Source: Bacteroidota bacterium | GTDB taxonomy: Bacteria; Bacteroidota; Bacteroidia; Bacteroidales; VadinHA17 | DNA length: 64,000 nucleotides | Reading direction: 5' to 3' | NCBI GenBank assembly: GCA_025350595.1 | Contig: JANXXP010000273.1 | Coordinates: 1,988-65,987 of the forward strand | In this document: piece by piece, positions 54,906 through 64,000 of the stretch | Numbering within the stretch: the first letter of the stretch is position 1 | How the letters are laid out: the number at the start of each line of letters is the position of its first letter | Position numbers and translations under genes: made by a program | Notes under the pieces: generated by a model | Seen by the model: only the letters and a program-made list of their open reading frames with translations | What the model was told of the DNA's origin: nothing | Databases searched by the model: none

Positions 54906-57083
54906 CTACTTTACCTTGAAAGTTCTATTAATTGAGAAAGGGGTGCCTGCAGGGGTGATCCCCTGAATATTTATCAGGTAATCAGCAGTATTGTCAGAAC
55001 TCCAAAACTCTATACCGGCTTTTCCCTCTTTATCAGTTTTGACAGACGGATTCCAGTAAAGTGTGTTTCTGAAATCAGGAATACGGCTTTTTTTCATTTC
55101 TGGTAATGAGTAATCAGGGGATCTGAAATAATTCAGAGGATCGATCACTCTGTACGGAATACGCATAGCATAATTTGGAAGGATAACTGAACTGTAATTG
55201 CCTGCTTTTGTAATAACATTTACTAATCCGTAAAACAAGTAATCGCCAACAAAATATTTCTGTTTATAAGCATCAATCTCTTCGACTATCTCCGGATCGA
55301 GATTGGCGATAATTGATGCATCATTAATAACAACTCCATCAACCATCAAGACAGGAGGTTTTTCCAGGAACCTTTTATCAACCGGATCCAGAATTGTGAC
55401 CTCATAAGTTGCTTTTTTTGCCTTTAGAGAAACTCCTGGCATAAGTTCGAAGAAAACCTCCTGCATCACAGGCAGTTTTATATAATCAGCCATTTTGAGT
55501 TCCACATCAGGTTTCCCGTAGAATCTTTTTGGTCGTATTTGAGGCATTGAGCGATTTACAGGATCACCAACGGAGGACCATTCATAGATTTTTCTTACCT
55601 GGTAGTTTATACTCAATATTGAGACATATGATGGTATTTGTTTATCAGAAGTATCAATCATTACTTTCGTCTTTTGATACTGATCAGAAAATGATGACTC
55701 AATAATAATTTTACTGTTTTTACTGATATCATCCGGTTGGATAACTAAATCCTTAAGCCCATCGTCAATGTGAACCCTGAAGCTGAAATTACCTTTATCG
55801 TCTGTTCTGGCATATTGAAATGTAGCCTGTTTTCCGGGTATGGATAGCAGAATATACTCACCGGATGGTGACGGTCTCTGATCGAGGTTATACATCTTTC
55901 CAAAAATGTATTGATCTTTTGTCTCAAACTGATATTTGAAAACAGGCAACTCATTAGCTAAAATCGGTCTCCACTTAATCCAGTTGCTTTTCACGTTTAA
56001 AAGCAGACTATCCATAATTTCTGCAGGAAGCTCACTTATTTTTTTGCCGTTAAGTGTTTTCCAGGAAAAAGTTCCGAATTCTGATCCAAATATAAGATAA
56101 TCATTTAGGTCAATTATCTCCGTGCGGGATAATACCGGTGCAACAGAAACACTGAGGTTTGTCGCAAATAATTCATCAGAGAATTCCTTTCCAATATCAA
56201 TCCCAACGGAAATCTTACTCCTCACATTACAACTGTCGGGGGCTGTAATTGAAATGGGGTTTCCTTTTATGGGAGTGTAAATATATCTTTCATAAATTGG
56301 CTGACCTACTAAATCAAATGCAGTTATTTGATTTATTCCTTCAGTAAGCATTTTTTTTGGAATAAGAATTTTTGTGTTTTCAGCAGCAATACTTTCAGAA
56401 TTGATATAGTCTATTTTTCCATGAGTTTGTATAAACAGATAAAAACGGTTGCTGTTCTGAGAGCGGAAATTTTCATCAGCAGATACTGATATTTCCAAGT
56501 TCCCGGGTATCAGATTATTTACATTTATTTTACATCCGGGATAACCGAACCCTGTGCCCGAATCATTGCCACTAACACCACTTAAATTATTATCAAGATT
56601 TATCTTTCGTTTAAATGTCTTCTTATTAAATGCATTATAAACCTTGATCTCTTTTGTAAAGCAGTTATAGGGAAGAAAATTCTTCATCCAGCCTGTATAC
56701 GCCCTGATTGTATAATCCCCAGAGCTTAGGGTGTCGGGGAGAGTTATTTGTCCTGGTCCAAACCCTTTATCAATAAAAATTCTTTCCTGAATCACAGGTC
56801 TGTTTTCAAAATTCAATAGTTCAAAATATACTATCCTGCTTTTTAATGAAGGTTTAAAAGTTTGCCTGTCAGTCAGATATATATTAAACCATAAATCTTC
56901 TCCGGCAAGATACTCTTCCCTGTCAGAGTGAATAAATATTTCTTCTCTTGGAACCGCCCTGGAATACCTCAGAAATTTTTGAGTCAGATAATCCGTCATA
57001 TTCTTCTGTACCTGACCATTTGCATATTGCAAAAACATAAGAAATATAAGCAGGATAAAGGCTGGTTTAATTTTATTTGTCAT
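54906..57083 (-). CDS. Secreted MG2 (alpha-2-macroglobulin-like) domain protein with a Plug-like C-terminal region
   Basis: It has a signal peptide. 'IFIHSDREEYLAGEDLWFNIYL' is MG2-like, and 'VLMVDGVVINDASIIANLDPEIVEEIDAY' is TonB-plug-like. No beta-barrel-length region follows. The family call is tentative. Confidence 0.45.
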   Translation of the reverse strand: MTNKIKPAFILLIFLMFLQYANGQVQKNMTDYLTQKFLRYSRAVPREEIFIHSDREEYLAGEDLWFNIYLTDRQTFKPSLKSRIVYFELLNFENRPVIQERIFIDKGFGPGQITLPDTLSSGDYTIRAYTGWMKNFLPYNCFTKEIKVYNAFNKKTFKRKINLDNNLSGVSGNDSGTGFGYPGCKINVNNLIPGNLEISVSADENFRSQNSNRFYLFIQTHGKIDYINSESIAAENTKILIPKKMLTEGINQITAFDLVGQPIYERYIYTPIKGNPISITAPDSCNVRSKISVGIDIGKEFSDELFATNLSVSVAPVLSRTEIIDLNDYLIFGSEFGTFSWKTLNGKKISELPAEIMDSLLLNVKSNWIKWRPILANELPVFKYQFETKDQYIFGKMYNLDQRPSPSGEYILLSIPGKQATFQYARTDDKGNFSFRVHIDDGLKDLVIQPDDISKNSKIIIESSFSDQYQKTKVMIDTSDKQIPSYVSILSINYQVRKIYEWSSVGDPVNRSMPQIRPKRFYGKPDVELKMADYIKLPVMQEVFFELMPGVSLKAKKATYEVTILDPVDKRFLEKPPVLMVDGVVINDASIIANLDPEIVEEIDAYKQKYFVGDYLFYGLVNVITKAGNYSSVILPNYAMRIPYRVIDPLNYFRSPDYSLPEMKKSRIPDFRNTLYWNPSVKTDKEGKAGIEFWSSDNTADYLINIQGITPAGTPFSINRTFKVK

Positions 57084-57117
57084 TTATTTTTCTATGATCT
57101 TTAGTTCGTTATTTGCA

Positions 57118-58257
57118 CTATTCCCAGAATAAAGGTTTTATGTTCGTGCCTCTCACCGTACAATCGTAGCATCCTTTTGAATATGTATATACCTGATATT
57201 GGGGTGGTGGAATTGGGTGATCAATTATTACCCACGCAGATATATTCAGACTTGGGACCGGAGTCCCATTGAAAACAGTATCAGCAATACAGTTGGTATA
57301 CAGGTTCACTAATCCGATGAAATTATCCTTTATAAATATCCTTTTTGAAGTTGCGGCTGAGACACTGAAAAAACCAAGAACCTTTTCATTCGGATTGTCT
57401 GAGCACAAAACATTGCTCTGAATTGCAGAAGGAATAATATCATAAAGGCCGCCTACCTGCTTGGACATGGTTTGTAACTTTTCCCAGTAAAGGAATTCTT
57501 CCTCGTTTAATGAGTATTGATTCACTAATATACTGTATTTTTGGCTTAGCCTGTCTGAATTATTCGATATGAAGCTGACAGGAAAACGGAGAATCCGGTC
57601 TTCACCAAGAACAGTTGTATTTTTAATATTTATCATATCCGAACTGGCAGAAATCCAGCAAATGGGGTTTGGAACGGTATATGGAAGATGGAATTCCCAG
57701 GTCTCAGAGAACTCCCATCGGTAGAACTTGCAAATATTTGTTGCATCGTGCGTATTTAGATAGATCTGACATCCTTCAGTAGAAGGGTTAAACATATCCT
57801 TTTCAGTGATTGTCTTTTTTTCATAATAAACACTATCAATCTGAGGAACAGGTTTCATCTCCATCGCTGATGACTCATAATTAAGATTACCGGCTGCAGC
57901 GCTGGTCTTTATATGCAAAGTGTAGGATCTTCCGATTGCACCCTGAAATATTTTAGGGTCAGTCTTATATGTTCCTGATACGGTCTCTTTCAGGCTATAA
58001 CTTGTTCTAAGATCGTCAGAAATACTAACTATAGATCCCTTCAGAGGTCTCGCAGTACCTTTTGACCCCAGAGGAAGCGACATTGACAGTTTAATAACAT
58101 ATGCCTCTGGCTGGTCTGTTACTAATCCCTCCACAACAAGTATTTCCTTATCTTCTGTTACCTGAGGAATAAACTGTGTAATACAACCACTCAACAGAAG
58201 TAAAAACGAAATAAGGAATATATAGGTTAAATGTTTCATATCGTAATTAAAAATCAA
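57118..58257 (-). CDS. DUF4249-family lipoprotein (partner of the upstream TonB-dependent receptor)
   Basis: The lipobox is 'LLSGC'. The C-terminal 'KGCYDCTVRGTN' and its position immediately after a SusC-like receptor (11-nt overlap) are typical of DUF4249. Confidence 0.7.
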   Translation of the reverse strand: MIFNYDMKHLTYIFLISFLLLLSGCITQFIPQVTEDKEILVVEGLVTDQPEAYVIKLSMSLPLGSKGTARPLKGSIVSISDDLRTSYSLKETVSGTYKTDPKIFQGAIGRSYTLHIKTSAAAGNLNYESSAMEMKPVPQIDSVYYEKKTITEKDMFNPSTEGCQIYLNTHDATNICKFYRWEFSETWEFHLPYTVPNPICWISASSDMINIKNTTVLGEDRILRFPVSFISNNSDRLSQKYSILVNQYSLNEEEFLYWEKLQTMSKQVGGLYDIIPSAIQSNVLCSDNPNEKVLGFFSVSAATSKRIFIKDNFIGLVNLYTNCIADTVFNGTPVPSLNISAWVIIDHPIPPPQYQVYTYSKGCYDCTVRGTNIKPLFWE

Positions 58258-60979
58258 AATTGAAGGTTATGGAAGGTATTGCCCTTCCAAAGACTGATAA
58301 TTTGTAGCCCTTAACTAGTTCACCTTCCTTTTTAAAATATATCGAGTAAACATTCTGCCTTCCAAGTACATTATAAATTGAGAATATCCAGTTAGGGTGT
58401 GCAATTCTGTGCGATTTAAGGTTCCCGCTTACTTTAAAAGAAAGATCAAGTCTTGAATAATCGGGTATTCTGTATTCATTTCTGTCAGAATAATGAACGA
58501 GTATCTTATCACCTATATGATAAGTAGCTACAGGATAGGTTATTGGACGGCCTGTACTCCAGGTGTAGTTAGAAGAAAAGCTAAAGCGTCGTGAGAAAAG
58601 ATAATTAAAAGTAACAACCAGATCATTCGGTTTATCGAAATTAGCAGGGAACCATTTGCCTGAATTTATAATTTCCTCACTGAAAGTGCCCAGACTTTTT
58701 ATAAAGGTCCTTGCATAGGTATATCCTAAACTATAGCGGATTTTCCCTTCTGTCTTTTTTAGAACCAGTTCCAGACCATATGCTTTGCCCTTCACATTAA
58801 CGATGTCTTTCTCAATGTTTTCATCCATAATCAGCCTGGTACCTCCCTTGAAATCAACCATGTTCTTTATTTCCTTATAATATAACTCAGCAGATGTTTC
58901 ATAACTGCCTTTAAAAAGCATCTTATAAAATCCTAGCGCAACCTGATCACCGATCTGAGGTTTAATATAATAATCGCTTAATTTCCAGGTATCTGTAGGG
59001 GAAATTGATGTTGAGTTTGACAAAAGATGCAGATATTGCCTTGTCCTGTTATAATTGATCTTAAAGGAACTCTTTTCACTTAATCTGAAATTCAATGACA
59101 TTCTGAATTCGGGTCCGGCATACCTGCTTGTCGTCTGTCCAGCTTTGAAGTTGAGTGTATCTGTTATTGTGGATGGGCTTTTTGAATACTCAGGATTATA
59201 AACCATTACCGAAGCAGGGCCAAAAGAGTAATATGACGACATCCGCATTCCAATGTTAGCCGACATGAAACTTGTAAATGTAAACTTATCATCTATGTAT
59301 AAAGATCCTTCCCAGGCCCTTTCCTTTGCGATATTATGTGAAATTATCAGAGAAGAATCGCTCGCTGGTTGATAGCTTCCGGGTTCAATCACATACTTTG
59401 TCAGATCAAGACCAAAATTTATCTCATTTCTACCCAGAAACCAGTTGAAATCTGCTTTATAAGAAGTGCTGTTTACTCTGTGAGTCAGAGCAAATGCTTC
59501 TGTGGGAATATTCTGACTCGAGATATCATAATTATACTCACTATTGTTAACCGAAAGCGAAGAGAAGAACCTGCTGTTGAAAAAATGTCTCCATTTCAGA
59601 GCAAAAATGTTATTGTTATAGCTGTAAACAGAGTCTGAGTTGAACCTGAAAGCATCATGACTGAAATATGATGAAAATTCTATCTTATTATTCTTGTTAA
59701 GGTCGTATGTTATCTTCCCGTTAAGATCATAAAATGAGGCTCTGCTGTTATGAAGAGCGGGGTTATCTATCAAACCAAAAATCCAGTTTGAGTATGTTGT
59801 CCTGGCAGTCAGGATATAGGTAAGAGTATCTTTAATAATTGGTCCTTCTATCATAACATGCGTAGTGATTGGACTAATGCCCGCACTACCCACGAATTCT
59901 TTTTTATTCCCGTCTGTTGATCCGATATCAAGAACTGAGGATATCCTGCCGCCATAACGACTTGGGATTCCACCTTTATATAATGTTACATCTTTAATAA
60001 TATCTGAATTTACTGCAGAGAAGAACCCAAAAAAATGAGAAGAATTGTATATTGGCGCTCCATATAAAAGAATAAGATTCTGATCTGCAGAGCCTCCCCT
60101 GACATTGAAACCGGCAGACCCCTCTCCTACCGATTGTACACCAGGGATCAACAAAACGCTTTTTATTATATCTGATTCCCCCAGAGATGTCGGTAATAAT
60201 TTAAAAGATGTAATATTTATCTTTTCAGCTCCAACCTCAAAACGCTGGAGTGTAACACTTTTCTGAGCTGATACTACAGTTTCTTTCAGAGGAATAAGCA
60301 TGCTGTTCATCTCCACATTCATCTCACCGGCGCTGTTAAGGTTGAGGTTTATCATTTTTTCCCTTAATCCGATAAATGATAACTGAACCAGATAGATACC
60401 GCGGGGTAAAGTGAGAGTATAAAAGCCAAACTCATTTGAGATTGTTCCAACTGAAAGTTTTTTAATAAATACTGTAACACCGGCTATCGGATCTTTTGTA
60501 TCATGGTTGGTTATATATCCTGATAAAACTACATTTCCGGCTTTACTTCTTTCTGCCGGATTACCTATTTCAATCATTGTATTTCCAGACATCTGCTGGT
60601 TTTCTGCTGAAGTTGAGTAATCAGTCGGAGGTATGAATTTTGTGTCTTTTTCTGCAGGCTTGTCTGCTACTTTCAGGGCATAATTATTAGTGATTATTAT
60701 CTTTCCTGAACCATCTATGTAAAAATAAAGTGATGTCCCTTTTAAAATATTTTCCAAAACACATGATAAAGAAGTACATCCAGAGTAATCGGCCAACCTA
60801 AGGTTACTCACCCACTCTTCTTTATAAAAGAACCTAACCGGAAGAAGACTTTCAGCCTTTGTCACGAACTCATTAAATGTAAGATCCTTATAATCCCATG
60901 ATATCTTATATTTATCCTGTGCCCCAAGAGACAAGGAAAAGGTTAAGGCTATGGCCAGGATTAAGATTTTTATTTTCAT
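58247..60979 (-). CDS. TonB-dependent receptor, SusC/RagA-like, with STN-like and carboxypeptidase-regulatory-like N-terminal domains
   Basis: The domain order is signal peptide, then an STN-like 'LTFNEFVTKAESLLPVRFFY...ILKGTSLYFYIDG', then a CarboxypepD_reg-like 'VLSGYITNHDTKDPIAGVTVFIK...GFYTL', then a plug 'PGVQSVGEGSAGFNVRGGSADQNLILLYGAPIYN'. A long barrel follows, ending in the terminal 'TFNFDF'. Confidence 0.85.
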   Translation of the reverse strand: MKIKILILAIALTFSLSLGAQDKYKISWDYKDLTFNEFVTKAESLLPVRFFYKEEWVSNLRLADYSGCTSLSCVLENILKGTSLYFYIDGSGKIIITNNYALKVADKPAEKDTKFIPPTDYSTSAENQQMSGNTMIEIGNPAERSKAGNVVLSGYITNHDTKDPIAGVTVFIKKLSVGTISNEFGFYTLTLPRGIYLVQLSFIGLREKMINLNLNSAGEMNVEMNSMLIPLKETVVSAQKSVTLQRFEVGAEKINITSFKLLPTSLGESDIIKSVLLIPGVQSVGEGSAGFNVRGGSADQNLILLYGAPIYNSSHFFGFFSAVNSDIIKDVTLYKGGIPSRYGGRISSVLDIGSTDGNKKEFVGSAGISPITTHVMIEGPIIKDTLTYILTARTTYSNWIFGLIDNPALHNSRASFYDLNGKITYDLNKNNKIEFSSYFSHDAFRFNSDSVYSYNNNIFALKWRHFFNSRFFSSLSVNNSEYNYDISSQNIPTEAFALTHRVNSTSYKADFNWFLGRNEINFGLDLTKYVIEPGSYQPASDSSLIISHNIAKERAWEGSLYIDDKFTFTSFMSANIGMRMSSYYSFGPASVMVYNPEYSKSPSTITDTLNFKAGQTTSRYAGPEFRMSLNFRLSEKSSFKINYNRTRQYLHLLSNSTSISPTDTWKLSDYYIKPQIGDQVALGFYKMLFKGSYETSAELYYKEIKNMVDFKGGTRLIMDENIEKDIVNVKGKAYGLELVLKKTEGKIRYSLGYTYARTFIKSLGTFSEEIINSGKWFPANFDKPNDLVVTFNYLFSRRFSFSSNYTWSTGRPITYPVATYHIGDKILVHYSDRNEYRIPDYSRLDLSFKVSGNLKSHRIAHPNWIFSIYNVLGRQNVYSIYFKKEGELVKGYKLSVFGRAIPSITFNFDF

Positions 60980-60989
60980 GAAAAACAGA

Positions 60990-61706
60990 CTATTTGCTTA
61001 AACTATCATAGAACCTGAGTATCGGGACAAGACTTTCAGGTCTTTTCTTTGAGACCTTTAACTTATTTTTCTTGATATAACTTTTCAGTTGGTCCTTATT
61101 TGCAGAAAGTATTCTGAGCAGGTCACCTTTACCTGCGACAGAATAAATGATATTGTTATTCTCGAAATATATCCGGTGAGTCTGATAAAACATATCCCAC
61201 TTTCTATCAACTGCAAGTAACTCAATCTGTTTCTTATACTTGACATAAAGAGCACAGTTGCCTTTATAAAGCACATTAAAATAGCCTTTATAGGACTTTA
61301 GAGTATCCTCCTGGATTTTGGCAAATCTGTTTGTTCTGTTTTGATAGTCGAGAGTAAAACTATCTACCCTTTCTTTGTTAAGTTGAAGAACTACACCAAG
61401 ATTTGAGAGAGTCAAAACCTCATCATTATAAATATCATATTTCAGACTGATATTCTTAAATATTTCACCATTAATAGTCAATGAACCTTTCAGATAATCT
61501 TTAGTATAGAGGAACTGATCCTCCTTTACATTATAGTATAGATTTTTCCATAATCTACCATTATAAAGAACCTGATTCTCTTTCAGCGTATCTTGCTTAT
61601 TTTCAATTATTTTAGTGTAATGAGAGTCGTAAGAAATTATTGCAGAAAGGGCTGATCTCGAAAAAAATAATAAAAAACAAAAAAACAAAAAACTATATCT
61701 TTTCAT
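60990..61706 (-). CDS. Secreted hypothetical protein, first gene of the TonB-receptor operon
   Basis: The ORF is 238 aa with a signal peptide (FLFFCFLLFFSRSALSA). It lies 10 nt upstream of the receptor gene. No family recognised. Confidence 0.5.
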   Translation of the reverse strand: MKRYSFLFFCFLLFFSRSALSAIISYDSHYTKIIENKQDTLKENQVLYNGRLWKNLYYNVKEDQFLYTKDYLKGSLTINGEIFKNISLKYDIYNDEVLTLSNLGVVLQLNKERVDSFTLDYQNRTNRFAKIQEDTLKSYKGYFNVLYKGNCALYVKYKKQIELLAVDRKWDMFYQTHRIYFENNNIIYSVAGKGDLLRILSANKDQLKSYIKKNKLKVSKKRPESLVPILRFYDSLSK

Positions 61707-63101
61707 TTAGCGCACAAAACTTAATTTAAACACATAAGCGAGCTGGTTGTCATCAGGTGTAAGAACAGGACGAACAATTATCAGGTTTCCTCCGGAGACT
61801 TTAAAGTAAACAGGTCTATCGGAACCCAGAAGCTGAATTTTCACTCTGGAGGAAGGGTTTATTCCATTCAGAACAATATCTCCCTTTGGCCAGTCAAGGC
61901 TGATAACATAAATATCCTTATCCTTTTGTGTGAAAAAGACACTTTTATTTGTTTCCGGATTTATTGCCTCATCTTTTTTAGTCTTTATAAATGAACGGGT
62001 TCCATAAATTGCCTCTCCATTGGTTTTAAGCCACTTACCCATTTCAAGAAGCCTTTGCTGCATAATGACAGGAATTGTTCCATCAGAAGCAGGACCGATA
62101 TCCAGCAAAAGATTTCCTCCGGCAGATACTGTTGAAACCAAAAGCTTTATTAGTTGCTTTCCTGTTGAATAGTTGCTCAGATCTTCAGTTCTGTTATATC
62201 CAAAAGATGTTCCGATGCCCCGGCACTCTTCCCATGGATGTGGAACTGTATTATCGATTCCTTCCTTATCACCGATAAGACCATATTCTGTTGTATAAAT
62301 CCCTCCATGCTTACTTCTGGTTTCACTTCCCCACCTGTCGTTCACTACAATATTTTGTTTTACCGGAGAATCATTATAAAGCCATGCCAGAAATTCTTCA
62401 CTCTTCCAGTCTTTACTCGGTTTATCCCATTCGCCATCTGTCCATAAAATATCAGGGGTATAAAGGGTTACCAGGTCTTTCATCTGAGGGATCATGTGAT
62501 TATCAACATAGCTGTTTAAATCACTTTTATATATAGGGTTGAACCATTCGTACAGCGAGTAGTAAAATCCCATATGAAGACCCTGCTTTTTAACAGCTGT
62601 TGTTAGCTCGCCGCAAAGGTCACGGTGAGGACCTACATCCATACTATTCCAGTTCCAGCTTTGAGCACTGGGCCACAGGGTAAACCCCTCGTGATGTTTT
62701 GATGTAAGAACTATATATTTAGCTCCCGATTCTTTAAATACTGAAGCCCATTGATCAGGATTAAAAAGCTCTGCCTTGAACATCGGTGCAAAATCCTGGT
62801 ATTTGAAGTTTGGACCGTAAGTCTTTAAATGGTAATCCTTAAAATATTTCTGTACCTTACCGGGATTGACCAGTTTGCTCCAGTACCACTCTGCATACTT
62901 ATCGTATACACCAATGCTGTCTCCGGTTGGTCCCCAAGCAGGAACAGAATATACACCCCAATGAATAAAAATCCCGAACTTAGAGTCTTCAAACCACCCC
63001 GGAACCGGTCTTTTATCCAATGATTCCCAGTTTGGCTTATAGTTCTGGCCATTAACATTTAGCGCCAGAAGCAAAAAAAGAAATAAAATTAAATTTTTCA
63101 T
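61707..63101 (-). CDS. GH29 alpha-L-fucosidase, secreted
   Basis: 'FGIFIHWGVYSVPAW', 'GAKYIVLTSKHHEGFTLWPS' and 'PDILWTDGEW' are GH29 signatures. Confidence 0.9.
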   Translation of the reverse strand: MKNLILFLFLLLALNVNGQNYKPNWESLDKRPVPGWFEDSKFGIFIHWGVYSVPAWGPTGDSIGVYDKYAEWYWSKLVNPGKVQKYFKDYHLKTYGPNFKYQDFAPMFKAELFNPDQWASVFKESGAKYIVLTSKHHEGFTLWPSAQSWNWNSMDVGPHRDLCGELTTAVKKQGLHMGFYYSLYEWFNPIYKSDLNSYVDNHMIPQMKDLVTLYTPDILWTDGEWDKPSKDWKSEEFLAWLYNDSPVKQNIVVNDRWGSETRSKHGGIYTTEYGLIGDKEGIDNTVPHPWEECRGIGTSFGYNRTEDLSNYSTGKQLIKLLVSTVSAGGNLLLDIGPASDGTIPVIMQQRLLEMGKWLKTNGEAIYGTRSFIKTKKDEAINPETNKSVFFTQKDKDIYVISLDWPKGDIVLNGINPSSRVKIQLLGSDRPVYFKVSGGNLIIVRPVLTPDDNQLAYVFKLSFVR

Positions 63102-63611
63102 TTATTTTTTATCATACACGAGTGTTGCTGTTCTATCTCCCATTGATGAAGTTGATTGAGAATTTAGGGAAAGTGATTTATCGGCATCGTTAAGAGAGTA
63201 AATTTCTGTTGTTTTAATCTCCATCTTATCCCCATTCATTTCAAGAACCATTACCGATGCAACTGTCAGAGATTTCTTATCGGCCGACCAGGTTGCAATT
63301 GATTTCTTTGAAGTGTTGAATACAGGATTTACAGATTCTTTGCCATCGAGAGAATAAGTTTCAGTTGATTTCCTCTCGGTACCATCCTGTCCTGTGAATG
63401 ATTTTTCAACCGTAAAACTATTTTCAATCTGAGTGATAGTAAGCTTTTGTGAAATCATCCTGAATCCTGCTTCCCCCAGTTTGCTTTTCGATTCATTATA
63501 CGACCATGAGCCTGAGAAATTTGTAGTCTGAGCATAAGTTGCTGCGGACAATAAAAGACTTAATACCATAAAAAGTACGCTTTTCAGATAAATCATTCTT
63601 GTGTTTTTCAT
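63102..63611 (-). CDS. Secreted hypothetical protein (small beta-rich, lipocalin-like guess)
   Basis: The ORF is 169 aa with a signal peptide (VLFMVLSLLLSAATYAQ). Its stop directly abuts the GH29 start (63101/63102). No family recognised. Confidence 0.45.
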   Translation of the reverse strand: MKNTRMIYLKSVLFMVLSLLLSAATYAQTTNFSGSWSYNESKSKLGEAGFRMISQKLTITQIENSFTVEKSFTGQDGTERKSTETYSLDGKESVNPVFNTSKKSIATWSADKKSLTVASVMVLEMNGDKMEIKTTEIYSLNDADKSLSLNSQSTSSMGDRTATLVYDKK

Positions 63612-63810
63612 AGGTACAAGATTAAAAAGGTTAAGAAAATTGCAGAGTCGAAGATACGGGTATTTATTCTATGCTGTTACGTATAAAGAAGAGAATTTTT
63701 TATGTTATTTAATATATTGAAAAGGCCCAAACGCGTAAAGGCGCAAAGGCACAACGGCTAAAAGACGGTAAACCATTGAATTTGTTTTTTTCCTCTGCGA
63801 AAAGTGAATA

Positions 63811-63999
63811 TTATTCTTTTGGTGAATATTCGAAGGGAAGAAGGTCAGCAATCCGTTGTCGTGCCATTTCTCCTTCCCAGCTTATTCCCGTAGCTTCGAA
63901 ATAGCCATTTGCATCAAAAACTATATCATCTTTTAGAAAAACGATAAAACTTGTTGGCTGTTTAGTATAATATGATATTCCAAGACCCCCATGATATTT
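63811..63999 (-). CDS. 3' end of an unidentified gene (5' part lies outside the window)
   Basis: The minus-strand frame is open from the window edge: 'KYHGGLGISYYTKQPTSFIVFLKDDIVFDANGYFEATGISWEGEMARQRIADLLPFEYSPKE*'. Only 62 codons are visible. Confidence 0.3.
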   Translation of the reverse strand, partial: KYHGGLGISYYTKQPTSFIVFLKDDIVFDANGYFEATGISWEGEMARQRIADLLPFEYSPKE

Positions 64000-64000
64000 A

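Overview
This is a Bacteroidota-style chromosomal window. It is AT-rich and has Sec, lipoprotein and Tat leaders, TAnnTTTG-like promoter boxes, and a SusC-like TonB receptor paired with a DUF4249 protein. I saw no rRNA, tRNA, CRISPR, transposase, integrase or recognisable defence gene. All family names come from motif reading by eye, because no searches could be run.

Layout:
- nt 1-31280 is one unbroken plus-strand array of about 23 genes, and every gap after nt 1001 is 66 nt or less. It mixes beta-glucan and xylan CAZymes (GH16, GH9, GH10, two GH3, a CE1-like esterase, a CBM6-like protein, two clan GH-A barrels) with sugar-acid enzymes that normally act in the cytoplasm.
- Those sugar-acid enzymes all carry export leaders: two enolase-superfamily dehydratases, a UxuA homologue, an RraA-like aldolase-fold protein, a TIM-barrel isomerase and a lactonase. 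They sit with three membrane-anchored DUF362 paralogues and an MFS transporter.
- Downstream lie a CE7 acetyl-xylan esterase, kdgK-eda-yhcH, a second GH16 (with a Calx-beta domain), a 17-copy heptanucleotide microsatellite, and rbsK plus a nucleoside hydrolase.
- A minus-strand block follows: proB-proA-aconitase-icd-gltA-FAD oxidoreductase.
- The window ends with a DoxX fusion protein, a ceramidase-like protein, a PQQ-like propeller, a SusD-less TonB receptor/DUF4249 operon and a GH29 fucosidase.

Main candidate for something new: the exported dehydratase, aldolase-fold and lactonase set together with the DUF362 proteins. This could be a periplasmic oxidative sugar-acid route feeding the cytoplasmic KdgK/Eda pair.

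Second theme: at least six genes are internally deleted or truncated copies. At least two of these deletions are in frame. In one case, the intact paralogue has short direct repeats at the positions matching the deletion endpoints.
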